Assembly: GCA_963691875.1 (NCBI GenBank) | Contig: OY829846.1 | Location: forward strand, 3,168,001-3,232,000 | DNA length: 64,000 nucleotides | Direction: 5' to 3' | Source: Aureliella sp. | GTDB taxonomy: Bacteria; Planctomycetota; Planctomycetia; Pirellulales; Pirellulaceae | Shown: positions 1 to 9,707 of the stretch, piece after piece | Position numbering within the stretch: position 1 is the stretch's first letter | Layout of the letters: every line of letters begins with the position of its first letter | Translations under genes and position numbers: made by a program | The notes under the pieces: model-generated | Databases searched by the model: none | What the model was told of the DNA's origin: nothing | What the model saw: the letters and a program-made list of their open reading frames with translations, nothing else

Positions 1-1
1 G

Positions 2-502
2 ATCTCCGAGTCGATGTTGAGTGAACTCGACGTGAAACGCCTGGATGCCCGTGAAAAACTACTCCTCGGGCAGCTTGAGAAACTGCAACTGAAAAGCCCG
101 ATCGACGGAGTCATCTTGAAGGGCGAAGCGGCGAAGACTGACGGAATTGCAGTGGACTTAGGGCGATCGATCTACGAAGTCGGCCAACTCGATGAACTTC
201 GCATTGAACTAAACGTGCCATCTGAAGACGTAGCGATGCTCGAGACTGGATGCTTGGTCCGCATCTGGATCGAAGGACAAAATGCTTCAGTTACCGGTAC
301 GGTCGAACGCATCAGACCTCGCTCTGAATTGCGAGATGGGAAGAACGTATTCGTTGCCGAAGTTGGCCTCCAGGATCTTGGCCAGCAAATACGCCCTGGA
401 ATGGAAGGCTACGCACGTATTGACTGTGATTCACAACCGCTCGGATGGAACGTTTTCCATAAGCCATGGGAGTTCTGTGTCTCTCGCCTAACATGGTGGT
501 AG
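2..502 (+). CDS. HlyD/efflux RND periplasmic adaptor (membrane fusion protein), 5'-truncated by the window edge
   Basis: Frame is open from position 2. Lipoyl-like 'LKSPIDGVI', beta-barrel 'GTVERIRPRSE' and 'IRPGMEGYARI' are typical MFP C-terminal motifs. Confidence 0.8.
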   Translation: MSESMLSELDVKRLDAREKLLLGQLEKLQLKSPIDGVILKGEAAKTDGIAVDLGRSIYEVGQLDELRIELNVPSEDVAMLETGCLVRIWIEGQNASVTGTVERIRPRSELRDGKNVFVAEVGLQDLGQQIRPGMEGYARIDCDSQPLGWNVFHKPWEFCVSRLTWW

Positions 503-506
503 GCCT

Positions 507-2705
507 ATGACAGACATGCAGTCAGACTCCATCACTTTTGAACTAGGACAAGCCATCCTACGATTGAACAAGGGACTTCGCTTTCAAGTACAAAGCGGCA
601 AACACGAAAACTGGTACTTGATCGAGGACACCTTGCGAGGCACGTTTTTTCGAGTCGGAGAGCCGGAGTATGCGCTGCTATCTCAGTTTGATGGCCACCG
701 AACTTTAGCTGCTGCGATGGCGTGTTGCAGCTCGAGCACACCAGAATCGGCGCTTGGTGAGCAAGAAACAATCCGCCTCGTCAACTGGCTCATCGAATCC
801 GGTTTAGCGAGTACGAGTCAGGCCGGTAGCACGCGTCAAGTAGACCGCATTGCCACTCAAGAGAGAAAGCAGAAATGGCTGCAGTGGGTGAATCCCATTT
901 GCATTCGCATTCCACTCGGCAATCCCGATGCAATATTCAGTGCAAGTCATCGCTTCGCGGGTTGGATAGTTGGTCCTGTAGGAGCGATTCTAGGAATTCT
1001 GATCTGCACTTGGGCCGTTCTGCAGCTTGCCAGTCATTGGCAATTATGGAGCCAGCAGACTGTTTCTTGCTTTAGCCGTGACAGCGTCTGGATGATTGCC
1101 GCGTCCTGGTGCTTGCTAAAGCTTTTGCATGAATGCGGGCATGGCTTGGTCTGCAAGCTTTATGGCGGACAAGTGCATGGCTGCGGCGTGATGCTCTTTC
1201 TGCTGATTCCACTTCCCTATGTCGATCTCAGTAGTGCATGGCGTTTCCCAAGCAAGTACCAACGCATACTCACCTCTGCCGCAGGGATGATCGTCGAACT
1301 AATCGTCGCTGCTGTGGCTGTCCTAATATGGCTCGATAGCGAACCAGGACTGCTACAGACCATCGCAGCCTCCATTGCTGCTACTGCCTCGGTGCATACG
1401 CTCGTCTTCAACGCAAACCCGCTGATGCGTTTCGACGGCTATCACATCCTGGCGGATTGGCTTGAATTCCCAAACTTATCGCAGCATGGCAGCCAGTCGG
1501 TAGCAAGCTTCTTCAGGTTTTTATTCACGGGCGAGCGAACGACGGCAAATGGGCATGGACGAAGAGATCTGATAGCCGTGATATACGGTTGGCTTGCCGC
1601 AATATGGAAGATTGCCGTTTGCATGGGCATTCTAATTGCCGCAAGCAATTTGCTAGAGGGTAGCGGCCTCTTACTTGCAATCATGGCGGTAACCATATGG
1701 TGGGTTCTGCCCATCTCTCAATTCTTCTACAGAACCCTAGCCACATCCAAGATCTCAGTGCGTCAGCGACTGCACAGAATCCGGCGTTTGTCTGTATTTT
1801 GCTTTGGCATAACTTGCCTAATCCACTCGCTAAACCAGCTTCCAGCACCGCCAGTCTTGCAAGCGCCCTTGGTGATAGACTTTTCAGATGAGCAGCAGGT
1901 ACGCGTAGCGACGCAAGGATTCGTGGATCAGATTCACGTCGTTGCAGGTCAGCACATTGAGACAGGCGATTTACTGGTTACGCTTTCGAATGAGCCTCTG
2001 CGATTAGAATTCGCTCGCCTGCGCTGCGAAGCCGAGCAAGCTCGAATTCGCAAACGCATACGGCAGTCCGAAGATGAAGTTGCGCTGGCTCTAATGGAGG
2101 AAGAAAAGCTCAGCGGCCACCTTGCACAACTACAGGAACTGGAAACCGACTTAGAGGAACTCTCTATTCGAGCGACTAGATCTGGACGAGTTGTTGGGAA
2201 TGACCTCAAGTCGCTTCTCGGGAACTTCTGCGAGACCGGTCAGACTTTGTTCCATGTGGCGGATGAAGCCGACATGCAAGCGACAGCCTTGATATCGCAA
2301 AATGATCTCGTACACCTACAGTTGCCGCTAGGAAGAGAAGTCGAACTGACCATATGGGGTCACGGCAGCATTCACGGAAAAATCGATCGCATCAGTCCAT
2401 CCTCGACGGACTCTCTTCCACACTTTGCACTGGCTGGCAACTGTGGTGGTCCACTACCGGTCCAGGATCGAGCGCAAAGCGATGGACAGAGAAATGAAAC
2501 GGAATCTGACAAAGACAGCTGGAAACTCGTTCAGCCACGAATGCAGGTGAATATTTCCTTGGCGGCAGCGGACGCGGTCAAACTACACGCCGGACAAACC
2601 GGGATCATGCTAGCTAGCGGTCGAAGTGCTTCGCTGCAGGACTTTCTTTCCCAACAATTGTGGTCCTGGTTAGCGGCACGCATCGAGCACACCCACGGAT
2701 TGTAG
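507..2705 (+). CDS. M50 (site-2-protease family) zinc metalloprotease fused to a HlyD-like adaptor, with a PqqD/RRE-like N-terminal domain
   Basis: HExxH 'LLHECGH' and NPDG-type motif 'NANPLMRFDG' in a multi-TM core. C-terminal lipoyl/coiled-coil 'GFVDQIHVVAGQHIETGDLL' and 'IRATRSGRV'. Starts 4 nt after the HlyD gene. Confidence 0.8.
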   Translation: MTDMQSDSITFELGQAILRLNKGLRFQVQSGKHENWYLIEDTLRGTFFRVGEPEYALLSQFDGHRTLAAAMACCSSSTPESALGEQETIRLVNWLIESGLASTSQAGSTRQVDRIATQERKQKWLQWVNPICIRIPLGNPDAIFSASHRFAGWIVGPVGAILGILICTWAVLQLASHWQLWSQQTVSCFSRDSVWMIAASWCLLKLLHECGHGLVCKLYGGQVHGCGVMLFLLIPLPYVDLSSAWRFPSKYQRILTSAAGMIVELIVAAVAVLIWLDSEPGLLQTIAASIAATASVHTLVFNANPLMRFDGYHILADWLEFPNLSQHGSQSVASFFRFLFTGERTTANGHGRRDLIAVIYGWLAAIWKIAVCMGILIAASNLLEGSGLLLAIMAVTIWWVLPISQFFYRTLATSKISVRQRLHRIRRLSVFCFGITCLIHSLNQLPAPPVLQAPLVIDFSDEQQVRVATQGFVDQIHVVAGQHIETGDLLVTLSNEPLRLEFARLRCEAEQARIRKRIRQSEDEVALALMEEEKLSGHLAQLQELETDLEELSIRATRSGRVVGNDLKSLLGNFCETGQTLFHVADEADMQATALISQNDLVHLQLPLGREVELTIWGHGSIHGKIDRISPSSTDSLPHFALAGNCGGPLPVQDRAQSDGQRNETESDKDSWKLVQPRMQVNISLAAADAVKLHAGQTGIMLASGRSASLQDFLSQQLWSWLAARIEHTHGL

Positions 2706-2820
2706 ATGCCGTGTTCAGCTTGTGTTTCGTGAGCGGCTTTTGTCGTAGCCGCTGGTTCATAACTAGCTTTTTCAATTCTGGACCGGAAACACTCTGTCGC
2801 TTGCGCGTACTGCTCGTACC

Positions 2821-2940
2821 GAGCGGCCATGGCGCTAGTCGCCGATTCTTCACTTCGAAAGCTCGTATTTATCCGGAATGGCTGCGAAATGCATCTTGAT
2901 TATTCGGGACCGCCCGAAGCCTTACGGCGATACGGCTCAC
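2821..2940 (+). repeat. ~120-bp degenerate intergenic repeat, copy 1 (copy 2 at 13861-13980)
   Basis: First 30 nt match 13861-13890 at 25/30 positions. Colinear motifs (TTCG, AT.CGGAA, CGAAA, GCCCGA.GC, CGGCTCA) continue to the end. Confidence 0.55.
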
Positions 2941-3165
2941 AAGAACAACAGATCGTTAGCCGCAGGAGTCGTGAGCGATCTGCAGGCTCACTCAGCCGGG
3001 CTGCTTTAGAATTCACTCGCTGGCGCGTCGTGCTTATACTGCTTGAAAGGTATAGCTAACTCGCATTTACAGAACGATGGATTCGCGTAGTATGTTCGGG
3101 GTCCGGTCGCTGGATCCGACGAACGATCATTGAGTGCTACAACCACACGCCAGAAGGGCGAATCC

Positions 3166-3951
3166 TTGAAGATCTTGTTGACGAATGATGATGGTATTTA
3201 TGCTCCTGGAATCGCAGCACTGCGCGGTGGCCTGGAACAACTTGGTGACATTCATTTGATTTCTCCTGCTACTGAGCAGAGTGGCGTGAGCCATACCATT
3301 ACGTTCTTGGAGCCATTAGTCTGCAAGGAGATCTATCAAGGTGGTGAGCGGCACGGAATCGCCGTGGAGGGCAGCCCAGCTGATTGCGTCAAGCTTGGGG
3401 TCTCTGAACTCATCGATGGCCCTGTTGACGCCGTCGTGAGCGGTATCAACGGTGGTTTGAACGCTGGCATTAACGTTCTCTACTCTGGCACGGTGGCTGC
3501 AGCTATCGAAGGCGCCTTCTTTGGCTTGAACAGCTTTGCTGTTTCCTTAGAGTATGATCCAGCAGCGGATTTTGATAGCGCTGCGAAGATTGCGGTACCA
3601 TTGGTCCAGCAGATCCTGGAACAAAAAGACGCGCCGCCACAGCTGTACAGCATCAACATCCCGACTGCGGCCACGAAAGCCTTTCTTGCAGGGCAGATGC
3701 CTGAAGTGAAAGTCGTTCCGATGGGCACAGAACGCTATGGCGAACACTACTGGAAACGGCAGGATCCCAAAGGCCGAGACTATTATTGGGCCACCAATGA
3801 TCCTCCACCCAAGCCAACCGAGCATGAGACCGACTTGACGATGCTGCACGCTGGTTACGTCACGGTAACGCCACTCAACTTCGATATGACCGCCACCGGT
3901 GAACTTAAGAAGATGCAGCAGTGGACATTGAAGGCGACGAAGGGAAGTTAG
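3166..3951 (+). CDS. surE: 5'/3'-nucleotidase SurE
   Basis: 'ILLTNDDG', 'EQSGVSH', 'GSPADCV', 'SGINGGLNAG..VLYSGTVAAA' and 'VTVTPL' motifs. The TTG start at 3166 is preferred over 3130. Confidence 0.95.
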   Translation: MKILLTNDDGIYAPGIAALRGGLEQLGDIHLISPATEQSGVSHTITFLEPLVCKEIYQGGERHGIAVEGSPADCVKLGVSELIDGPVDAVVSGINGGLNAGINVLYSGTVAAAIEGAFFGLNSFAVSLEYDPAADFDSAAKIAVPLVQQILEQKDAPPQLYSINIPTAATKAFLAGQMPEVKVVPMGTERYGEHYWKRQDPKGRDYYWATNDPPPKPTEHETDLTMLHAGYVTVTPLNFDMTATGELKKMQQWTLKATKGS

Positions 3952-3977
3952 GCCGAAGCTGCATCTATTGCTTATGT

Positions 3978-4002
3978 CAAAGCTTTTGACGGGCTCCGCT
4001 AC
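3978..4002 (-). repeat. REP-like 26-mer (consensus GTAGCGGAAGTCGTCAAGACTTTCGG), degenerate copy
   Basis: Reverse complement is GTAGCGGAGCCCGTCAAAAGCTTTG, between convergent genes. Confidence 0.45.
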
Positions 4003-4037
4003 AAATCAAAATGCTTGGTGCTTGTATCGACCGTTCG

Positions 4038-5135
4038 CTATTCCGTTCCCGCAGATTGCCCGAGATTAGGCTTTCTGGCACAAACCACCCAGTACTTGCC
4101 AGCCTCAAAAGTCACCACATCTTCGAGTACGCCATGAAAACTGGCTTCATACCAATTCGGTTTCTTGGTGACGACAAGCAGTGCTCCACCAACGCGCAGA
4201 ACCGACAGGCAAGTCTCCACGAAGTGCTGGGCAATCGCATCTTCGCCGTAGTAAGGCGGATTGGCCAGTGCAATGTCGATGGCAACCGGCAACTCAAGAT
4301 TGCCGTCAGCGTTCCAAATGGCCCGCACGTTTTCAAGTCCGTTTAGCTTTGCTCCTTCTTCCAAACATGCGACCGCTCGCGAGTTGGAGTCAACGCCAAA
4401 CACCATGCCCGAAGTCTGAGAAGCGGCAGCCAGAGCAACCGATCCGCAACCGCACCCCATGTCGAGCACGTTGTCGCCATCGGCGATTTCCGCCGATAGC
4501 ATCAGCTGCCTCGCGCCGGGATCAAGCCTGCGGTGGGAGAAAACACCTGGACGCGTCAGAGCGTGAATCCGCTGGTCGCCTTCGCGAAAAGAGATCTCGC
4601 AATGAAAACTCTTTTCCTTCTTCAGCTCGCCCTTCTTACGAGCCCAATAGACGCTGCCTTGATCCGTGCGATGGCAAGTCACCTTGTCAAACAGGGTTTG
4701 CAACTGGTCGTGTAGCCAAGAATCCTTGCCATTGTCCACACTGGCGACTAGCCAACCGGCGACTGTCAATCGTTTATGAGCCTGCTGCAACAGATCTCGA
4801 GTCAGCTCAGCCTCGCCTCGCTTGAGCACAGGCATAGCGATCAATCCAAACTCATGTTCCGGTAGATCGGCACCACTCAGCACATCCACATTTTCGCTAA
4901 GAGATCCGGCGGCTACCGTGGCATCATGAAGATCGAGGTACCAAGCCTGGACGGACTGAAAATGAGAATGTTCCAGCAACTTTTCTGCAACTTGAGCTCG
5001 TCCTGGAGAAATCACCAAAGCCGCTGGAACCGCTTCGGGCATCCGCTGCAACCAGAGCTCACTAGCCTCGATCATCAAGCGTTCGGTGGGCAATGGAGGC
5101 AAAGATGCGTCGCTTGCGCTCAAATCGGTATTCAC
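4038..5135 (-). CDS. Class I SAM-dependent methyltransferase, RsmC/MTS family
   Basis: 'TRPGVFSHRRLDPGA', SAM motif 'VLDMGCGCG' and 'ANPPYY'. Duplicated RsmC-like two-domain layout. Confidence 0.85.
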   Translation of the reverse strand: MNTDLSASDASLPPLPTERLMIEASELWLQRMPEAVPAALVISPGRAQVAEKLLEHSHFQSVQAWYLDLHDATVAAGSLSENVDVLSGADLPEHEFGLIAMPVLKRGEAELTRDLLQQAHKRLTVAGWLVASVDNGKDSWLHDQLQTLFDKVTCHRTDQGSVYWARKKGELKKEKSFHCEISFREGDQRIHALTRPGVFSHRRLDPGARQLMLSAEIADGDNVLDMGCGCGSVALAAASQTSGMVFGVDSNSRAVACLEEGAKLNGLENVRAIWNADGNLELPVAIDIALANPPYYGEDAIAQHFVETCLSVLRVGGALLVVTKKPNWYEASFHGVLEDVVTFEAGKYWVVCARKPNLGQSAGTE

Positions 5136-5365
5136 TCCAGGTGTCCTTAGGCAGCTTGGGCCTGCATTTTCTGGTTCAAGTATGGCGGCGTCTCTCTCCT
5201 AGACGGTCCAAGAGCCTGCTCATACCATACAGTCTTGATTGAGGGCGTCATTGAGTCGTGTCGACGACAACAGGGCCATGACCGGTGGATTCCGCGAGCC
5301 CGCAATGCTTCCCTACTTGATTCTGCGACAATCGTAGCAGAGTATCCCAAATCCGGTGAGTACGT

Positions 5366-8300
5366 GTGGACGAACGTAGTAGCGAAGATAAAGCCTCCCA
5401 GGCAAGCGACCTGGTCCAGGTTTTGGGATACCTAAACTTTTCCTCGGGCAAGGCCGAGTTGAAGACACTGGCGGCGCTCAACCGCATCTACGCCCGAGCC
5501 CTCCCTGGCGGTCCCTTTGAAGGTATGCCGGCTTGGCTGCAGATCCAACAATGGCTCCAAGACGAGCTAGCGAAACTGCATGAAGGCAACACAGCCTTCA
5601 AGGATTGCGCCCAGGCTGAGGCATTGTTGGAATTGCTCTGGCTAAACTTCCTGCCAGCCTATCTCGACTTCCACCGCGACTTGCTCTTTCACCAAGAGCC
5701 GGAAGGCATTTTCAATGGCTACTTTTTAGGCCGCGCCATGGAGTCCGTTCTGCAGCAGGGCGGGCCTTGGGATGAAACCGACCGGATCGTAGAAGGAGCA
5801 ATTCGGCAAATCAACGACTATGTGGGCTACCGACCTGTCGCAGTACTTGAGGGACGGAGGCTAGAGCCCTACGCGAACGAATGGGTGCGCCCGACCCCGA
5901 TCTATATAGCTGGCATCGGCGCAACGGCAGGCCCTTATCAAGCTGTCGTTGAGAAATGCATGGATATCCTGCGCGAGACCGACGAGCAAATTTTGCAGCA
6001 AGCCGGTTTTGACTTGGAGCGACTCGATGAACTAGCCGTCGATCCGCGAGCCTACGATTTTGATCACCCGGTAAACCAACGGCCGAACTATCACTTTGGT
6101 CAGTGGGATCCGCACCAAATCGACAACTCGGGATACTACCGGCGGTTCGTAGTGCAGCAGGTCACCTTGGACGCCCTGCTTGCCCGAGTCTACGAGTATT
6201 CCGAAATTCCGCGTGACCAGCTCCTGTCTGAGGGCGCAGCGGTATTGGCAGGTACGATTCTGATGGCATCGGGTATCACCGGTCCAGGGCCAGGTGCGTA
6301 CACTTCGACAGTGACTCTAGCGAGCCTACTTGGTCCGATTGCAGCCTACCGCGACGAATTCTATGAGCAGCTGTTAGTGCAGCTCGAAGGCGCACACTTA
6401 GATCGTTTGATCGAAGAACAAAAGATCCGTCGACAGCCCTTTGGCGGCGCACGACAGCATTTGAACACACATCTGGCGAAACACCGAGCGAGTCAACTCG
6501 AGCATGTACAACTCGCACGTTTGTTTGCCCGGATGGGTCACGAGTCAGCTGCGAAGGAGCAGTCTGACTTCGTGCCCGTTCCTGCTGCACGGATTATGTC
6601 ACGACTCGACTGTTTGATGACCGCGGCGGACCATTGCTTGCAGCTCGGAGAACTAAACAAGGCAGCAGAAATCTCGCCTCAAGTGATCGATCTGGTGCAC
6701 CGCGGAATTGAATGCGGCGGTATTGTCGATCCTTGGAACATTCTTGGCTTCACTGGAAACTTCGCTAGATTTGACGGCCCAGACTCTGCCGTCCACGATC
6801 ACCGTGTCGAAGATCTCGTGCAGCTGATGGAATACGTTTTTGCGCTGCAGTCTCGAATTTGGCGCGAGGCAGCTGCGGCTGGCCGAGATGATTTATGCAA
6901 GGAGCTTGAATCACAGCTACGCGAGTCGGCTAATTGGTGGCGACAGTTTGCGGCACACGAAGTCTCGGATGTGCGAGCCACCGATCCGTTAGAGACGCTC
7001 GAATCTGCCGTGCTTGTCGCCAAAGCGCTGACCCTGTGGCATGCGGACGAATCCACGAGCGGTGACATCAAGTTCTGGGCACAGCATGCCGAACTATTCG
7101 ATTCACCGAAAGCATACACGCTGGTCGTGGAAGCGCTCTTAGAGCGTGGTGATTTTGTTGCCTCGATGGGCCTACTCGTTCACTGGCTCAGCCAAGCAGA
7201 TCGCGTGGGCTTACAAAAGGGAGATGATTCCTTCTCGGATCTCGCCCGACGCTGGCTCCAGCAGTTAGAACATCATCTGCAGCGATGCGAGGAGAACAAG
7301 GGAGAAGAGAAGAAAGAAGAACTCCCCTCTACTTCCTCTAAGCCATCGCATGGCTTCCAAGTTAACTGGGATTTGGCTCAAAAGTTCTTCGATTACCTGG
7401 AAGCAAACGCGGAAGAGTATTGGCAACCGCCTGAGTTCCGCTTGGGCAAGGACTATGCCAAGAAAGAGCAGCTGGACACGAGCGGCGATGACTTCGAGTT
7501 TCTCGCTGACAAGCTGGAAGACGAGGAAGATGACATCTATGGCGCTGCCTACGAAGGCGTGGTTTACAACGACACCACTGATGATGGCGTGGAAAGTGAA
7601 GTCCCGGAAGAGCAGTCCTCTGAAACCGAGACATCCACTGAGCTCGTCGATGAATCAAACCGACTGAACCAACACCTGACTTTCCTGACGGCCCTCGCGC
7701 AAATGTGGAAGGAAGCCGCACTGAGTCCTCATGTGCGGGAAGAGCTTCGCAGCGGAAACGACAAGGCCGATTCACGCCTGTCAGGGATGGAGACTTGGGC
7801 CGCCCAGGCGGCTCGCAATCGTCACGGCTTGCTTCAGTTGCTGCAAGAGGTCGCAGCTTTCCGCATTCCTCGTTCTAGCTCCGACCAAGATGCAATGTCG
7901 CGCTACGATCGACAGCGTCTGGTGAAGGAATCACTACTAGAACGGATTATCGCCTGTGCAGTCGAGACAGCCGATGCCAGGCGTTTGCTGCTTGCAAATC
8001 TTGCAACCTTCAAGAATGTCGCGCCGACGGTCGCCAAAGAGTTGACAGATCTTCCTGATGACGACCGGTTGGCAATCGAGACTGTCGGCAACTTGCTGCA
8101 CTCGAAGCAAGATGAAGTGGAAAAGCAATTCCCACGCCTATTGACCGCTCTACGACCCAAAAAGCTTTTGTACATCCCACTTGCCCGCGGGGGCGATCCG
8201 GGCATGATCTACAGCGTGCGTCTGAGACGACGTGTCATGTCGCACCTGCTTTCCTGGTTGCCCCGGCAAGGCTTCTTCCAGCAAGCTTGTCAGCTCATCG

Positions 8301-9640
8301 AAACTGCTCGGTTCATGGAACACCATAATCCGATCGGTCCAGGTGCCGTTACGGAGTACGACGATCTATTCCAGCTTTGCTTTACCTCGATGGTGCGTGC
8401 TGCGGTGCAGAATTCGCTACACACGCGAACGGCAGAGCTGAAGGGCATGCAGTCCGCCGAAGAAGCCGAAAAGGAAGAAGCGGCCGAGTCGAGGGAGGAA
8501 CTGTCACAGGATAGCGCTCAGCAATCCTTCCAGCTTGATTCGCTGCAGAACGCCCGGCTGGATCCAGAGCAATTGGTCACGCCGGACCTTGACCGGCACG
8601 ACGGTGAGGCTTTAAGCGAGCTGGAACCAATGAGTGAAGAACTCATCGCTGTGCTCGAACAACTCACCGAAGTGATGCTCAGCAGTTGGTTGGCTCACAG
8701 CAGAACCTTGCGATTGAGCGTTCTAGAAACCGTTGACAACTCGCGCAGCTGGAAACGGCTGGTGGAATTCATTCAACGCTACGGTGGATCCATCTTCAGC
8801 CAGTCCTTTTTGACATTAGGAAACGTCCGAGCGATCCTGCACCAAGGTGTCGGGCACTGGCTGGACCAGTTGATCGAAGAAGGGCAGGAAGAGCAGCTTG
8901 GTGACTTATTCGATGCCATCGACGGAGGGCAGATTGAACGCAAGCAAGTAGAAAAGATCTTAAGTGTTGTGCTTGAGGCTGTAATCGATCATTACAGCGA
9001 ATACCGTGACTACAACAGCACAACCACGCAGTCCGATCGCGGTGAGATGCTGTTTATGCTGCTCGATTTCTTGCGGCTGCGAGTCCGATATGACCGAGTT
9101 TCATGGAATTTGCAGCCGATTTACTGGACACATGAAGTGCTAGTACGAGGCGGATGCCATCAGACCGCCCAGCAGTGGCGCCGAGCTTTGGCCGAGCGGA
9201 TTGGTCGCGAAAGCGAGATGTACATCGAACACTTGCATGAGCTGCAAAAGAAATACGCGATGCGAATGCCAACGGTCGCGGATCGACTACATGAACGCTT
9301 CACACGACCAATGACAGTAGATCGAATGCGGGCTCTGGTAGGGCCTGCGATTCGCCAGTTCCGCGAAGTCGAATCATCCGACGCGTTTGAACTGCTGATC
9401 GACGAGTGCAAGCTAATGATGGAGCAGCCAACCGGTGTTGGCCTAGACATCCCGCAATGGTTGAGCAGTCTGGAAGAGGAAGTGGATTCCGTTTTGGAAG
9501 GCCAACGAGGATTCACGAACCGCCCACGCTACGATAAAGCCGTTCCATTCCGACAGCTCTCGAGTGAAGAAATACTTGAACAGCTAACTGCGGCTGCCAA
9601 GCAGATCAAAACATTGAATCTGACTGATGAACAAGGCTGA
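5366..9640 (+). CDS. Large (1424 aa) predominantly helical hypothetical protein
   Basis: Long clean ORF with conserved-looking blocks ('LGYLNFSSG', 'DPRAYDFDHPVNQRPNYHFGQWDPH', 'EYRDYNSTTTQSDRGE') and two acidic linkers. No catalytic motif recognised. Confidence 0.85.
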   Translation: MDERSSEDKASQASDLVQVLGYLNFSSGKAELKTLAALNRIYARALPGGPFEGMPAWLQIQQWLQDELAKLHEGNTAFKDCAQAEALLELLWLNFLPAYLDFHRDLLFHQEPEGIFNGYFLGRAMESVLQQGGPWDETDRIVEGAIRQINDYVGYRPVAVLEGRRLEPYANEWVRPTPIYIAGIGATAGPYQAVVEKCMDILRETDEQILQQAGFDLERLDELAVDPRAYDFDHPVNQRPNYHFGQWDPHQIDNSGYYRRFVVQQVTLDALLARVYEYSEIPRDQLLSEGAAVLAGTILMASGITGPGPGAYTSTVTLASLLGPIAAYRDEFYEQLLVQLEGAHLDRLIEEQKIRRQPFGGARQHLNTHLAKHRASQLEHVQLARLFARMGHESAAKEQSDFVPVPAARIMSRLDCLMTAADHCLQLGELNKAAEISPQVIDLVHRGIECGGIVDPWNILGFTGNFARFDGPDSAVHDHRVEDLVQLMEYVFALQSRIWREAAAAGRDDLCKELESQLRESANWWRQFAAHEVSDVRATDPLETLESAVLVAKALTLWHADESTSGDIKFWAQHAELFDSPKAYTLVVEALLERGDFVASMGLLVHWLSQADRVGLQKGDDSFSDLARRWLQQLEHHLQRCEENKGEEKKEELPSTSSKPSHGFQVNWDLAQKFFDYLEANAEEYWQPPEFRLGKDYAKKEQLDTSGDDFEFLADKLEDEEDDIYGAAYEGVVYNDTTDDGVESEVPEEQSSETETSTELVDESNRLNQHLTFLTALAQMWKEAALSPHVREELRSGNDKADSRLSGMETWAAQAARNRHGLLQLLQEVAAFRIPRSSSDQDAMSRYDRQRLVKESLLERIIACAVETADARRLLLANLATFKNVAPTVAKELTDLPDDDRLAIETVGNLLHSKQDEVEKQFPRLLTALRPKKLLYIPLARGGDPGMIYSVRLRRRVMSHLLSWLPRQGFFQQACQLIETARFMEHHNPIGPGAVTEYDDLFQLCFTSMVRAAVQNSLHTRTAELKGMQSAEEAEKEEAAESREELSQDSAQQSFQLDSLQNARLDPEQLVTPDLDRHDGEALSELEPMSEELIAVLEQLTEVMLSSWLAHSRTLRLSVLETVDNSRSWKRLVEFIQRYGGSIFSQSFLTLGNVRAILHQGVGHWLDQLIEEGQEEQLGDLFDAIDGGQIERKQVEKILSVVLEAVIDHYSEYRDYNSTTTQSDRGEMLFMLLDFLRLRVRYDRVSWNLQPIYWTHEVLVRGGCHQTAQQWRRALAERIGRESEMYIEHLHELQKKYAMRMPTVADRLHERFTRPMTVDRMRALVGPAIRQFREVESSDAFELLIDECKLMMEQPTGVGLDIPQWLSSLEEEVDSVLEGQRGFTNRPRYDKAVPFRQLSSEEILEQLTAAAKQIKTLNLTDEQG

Positions 9641-9707
9641 GCTAGCTTGAAGTCAACGACGCTTAACCATATCTCTTGAAGTTCTCCTGCGAAACGAGTG
9701 TGAGACG

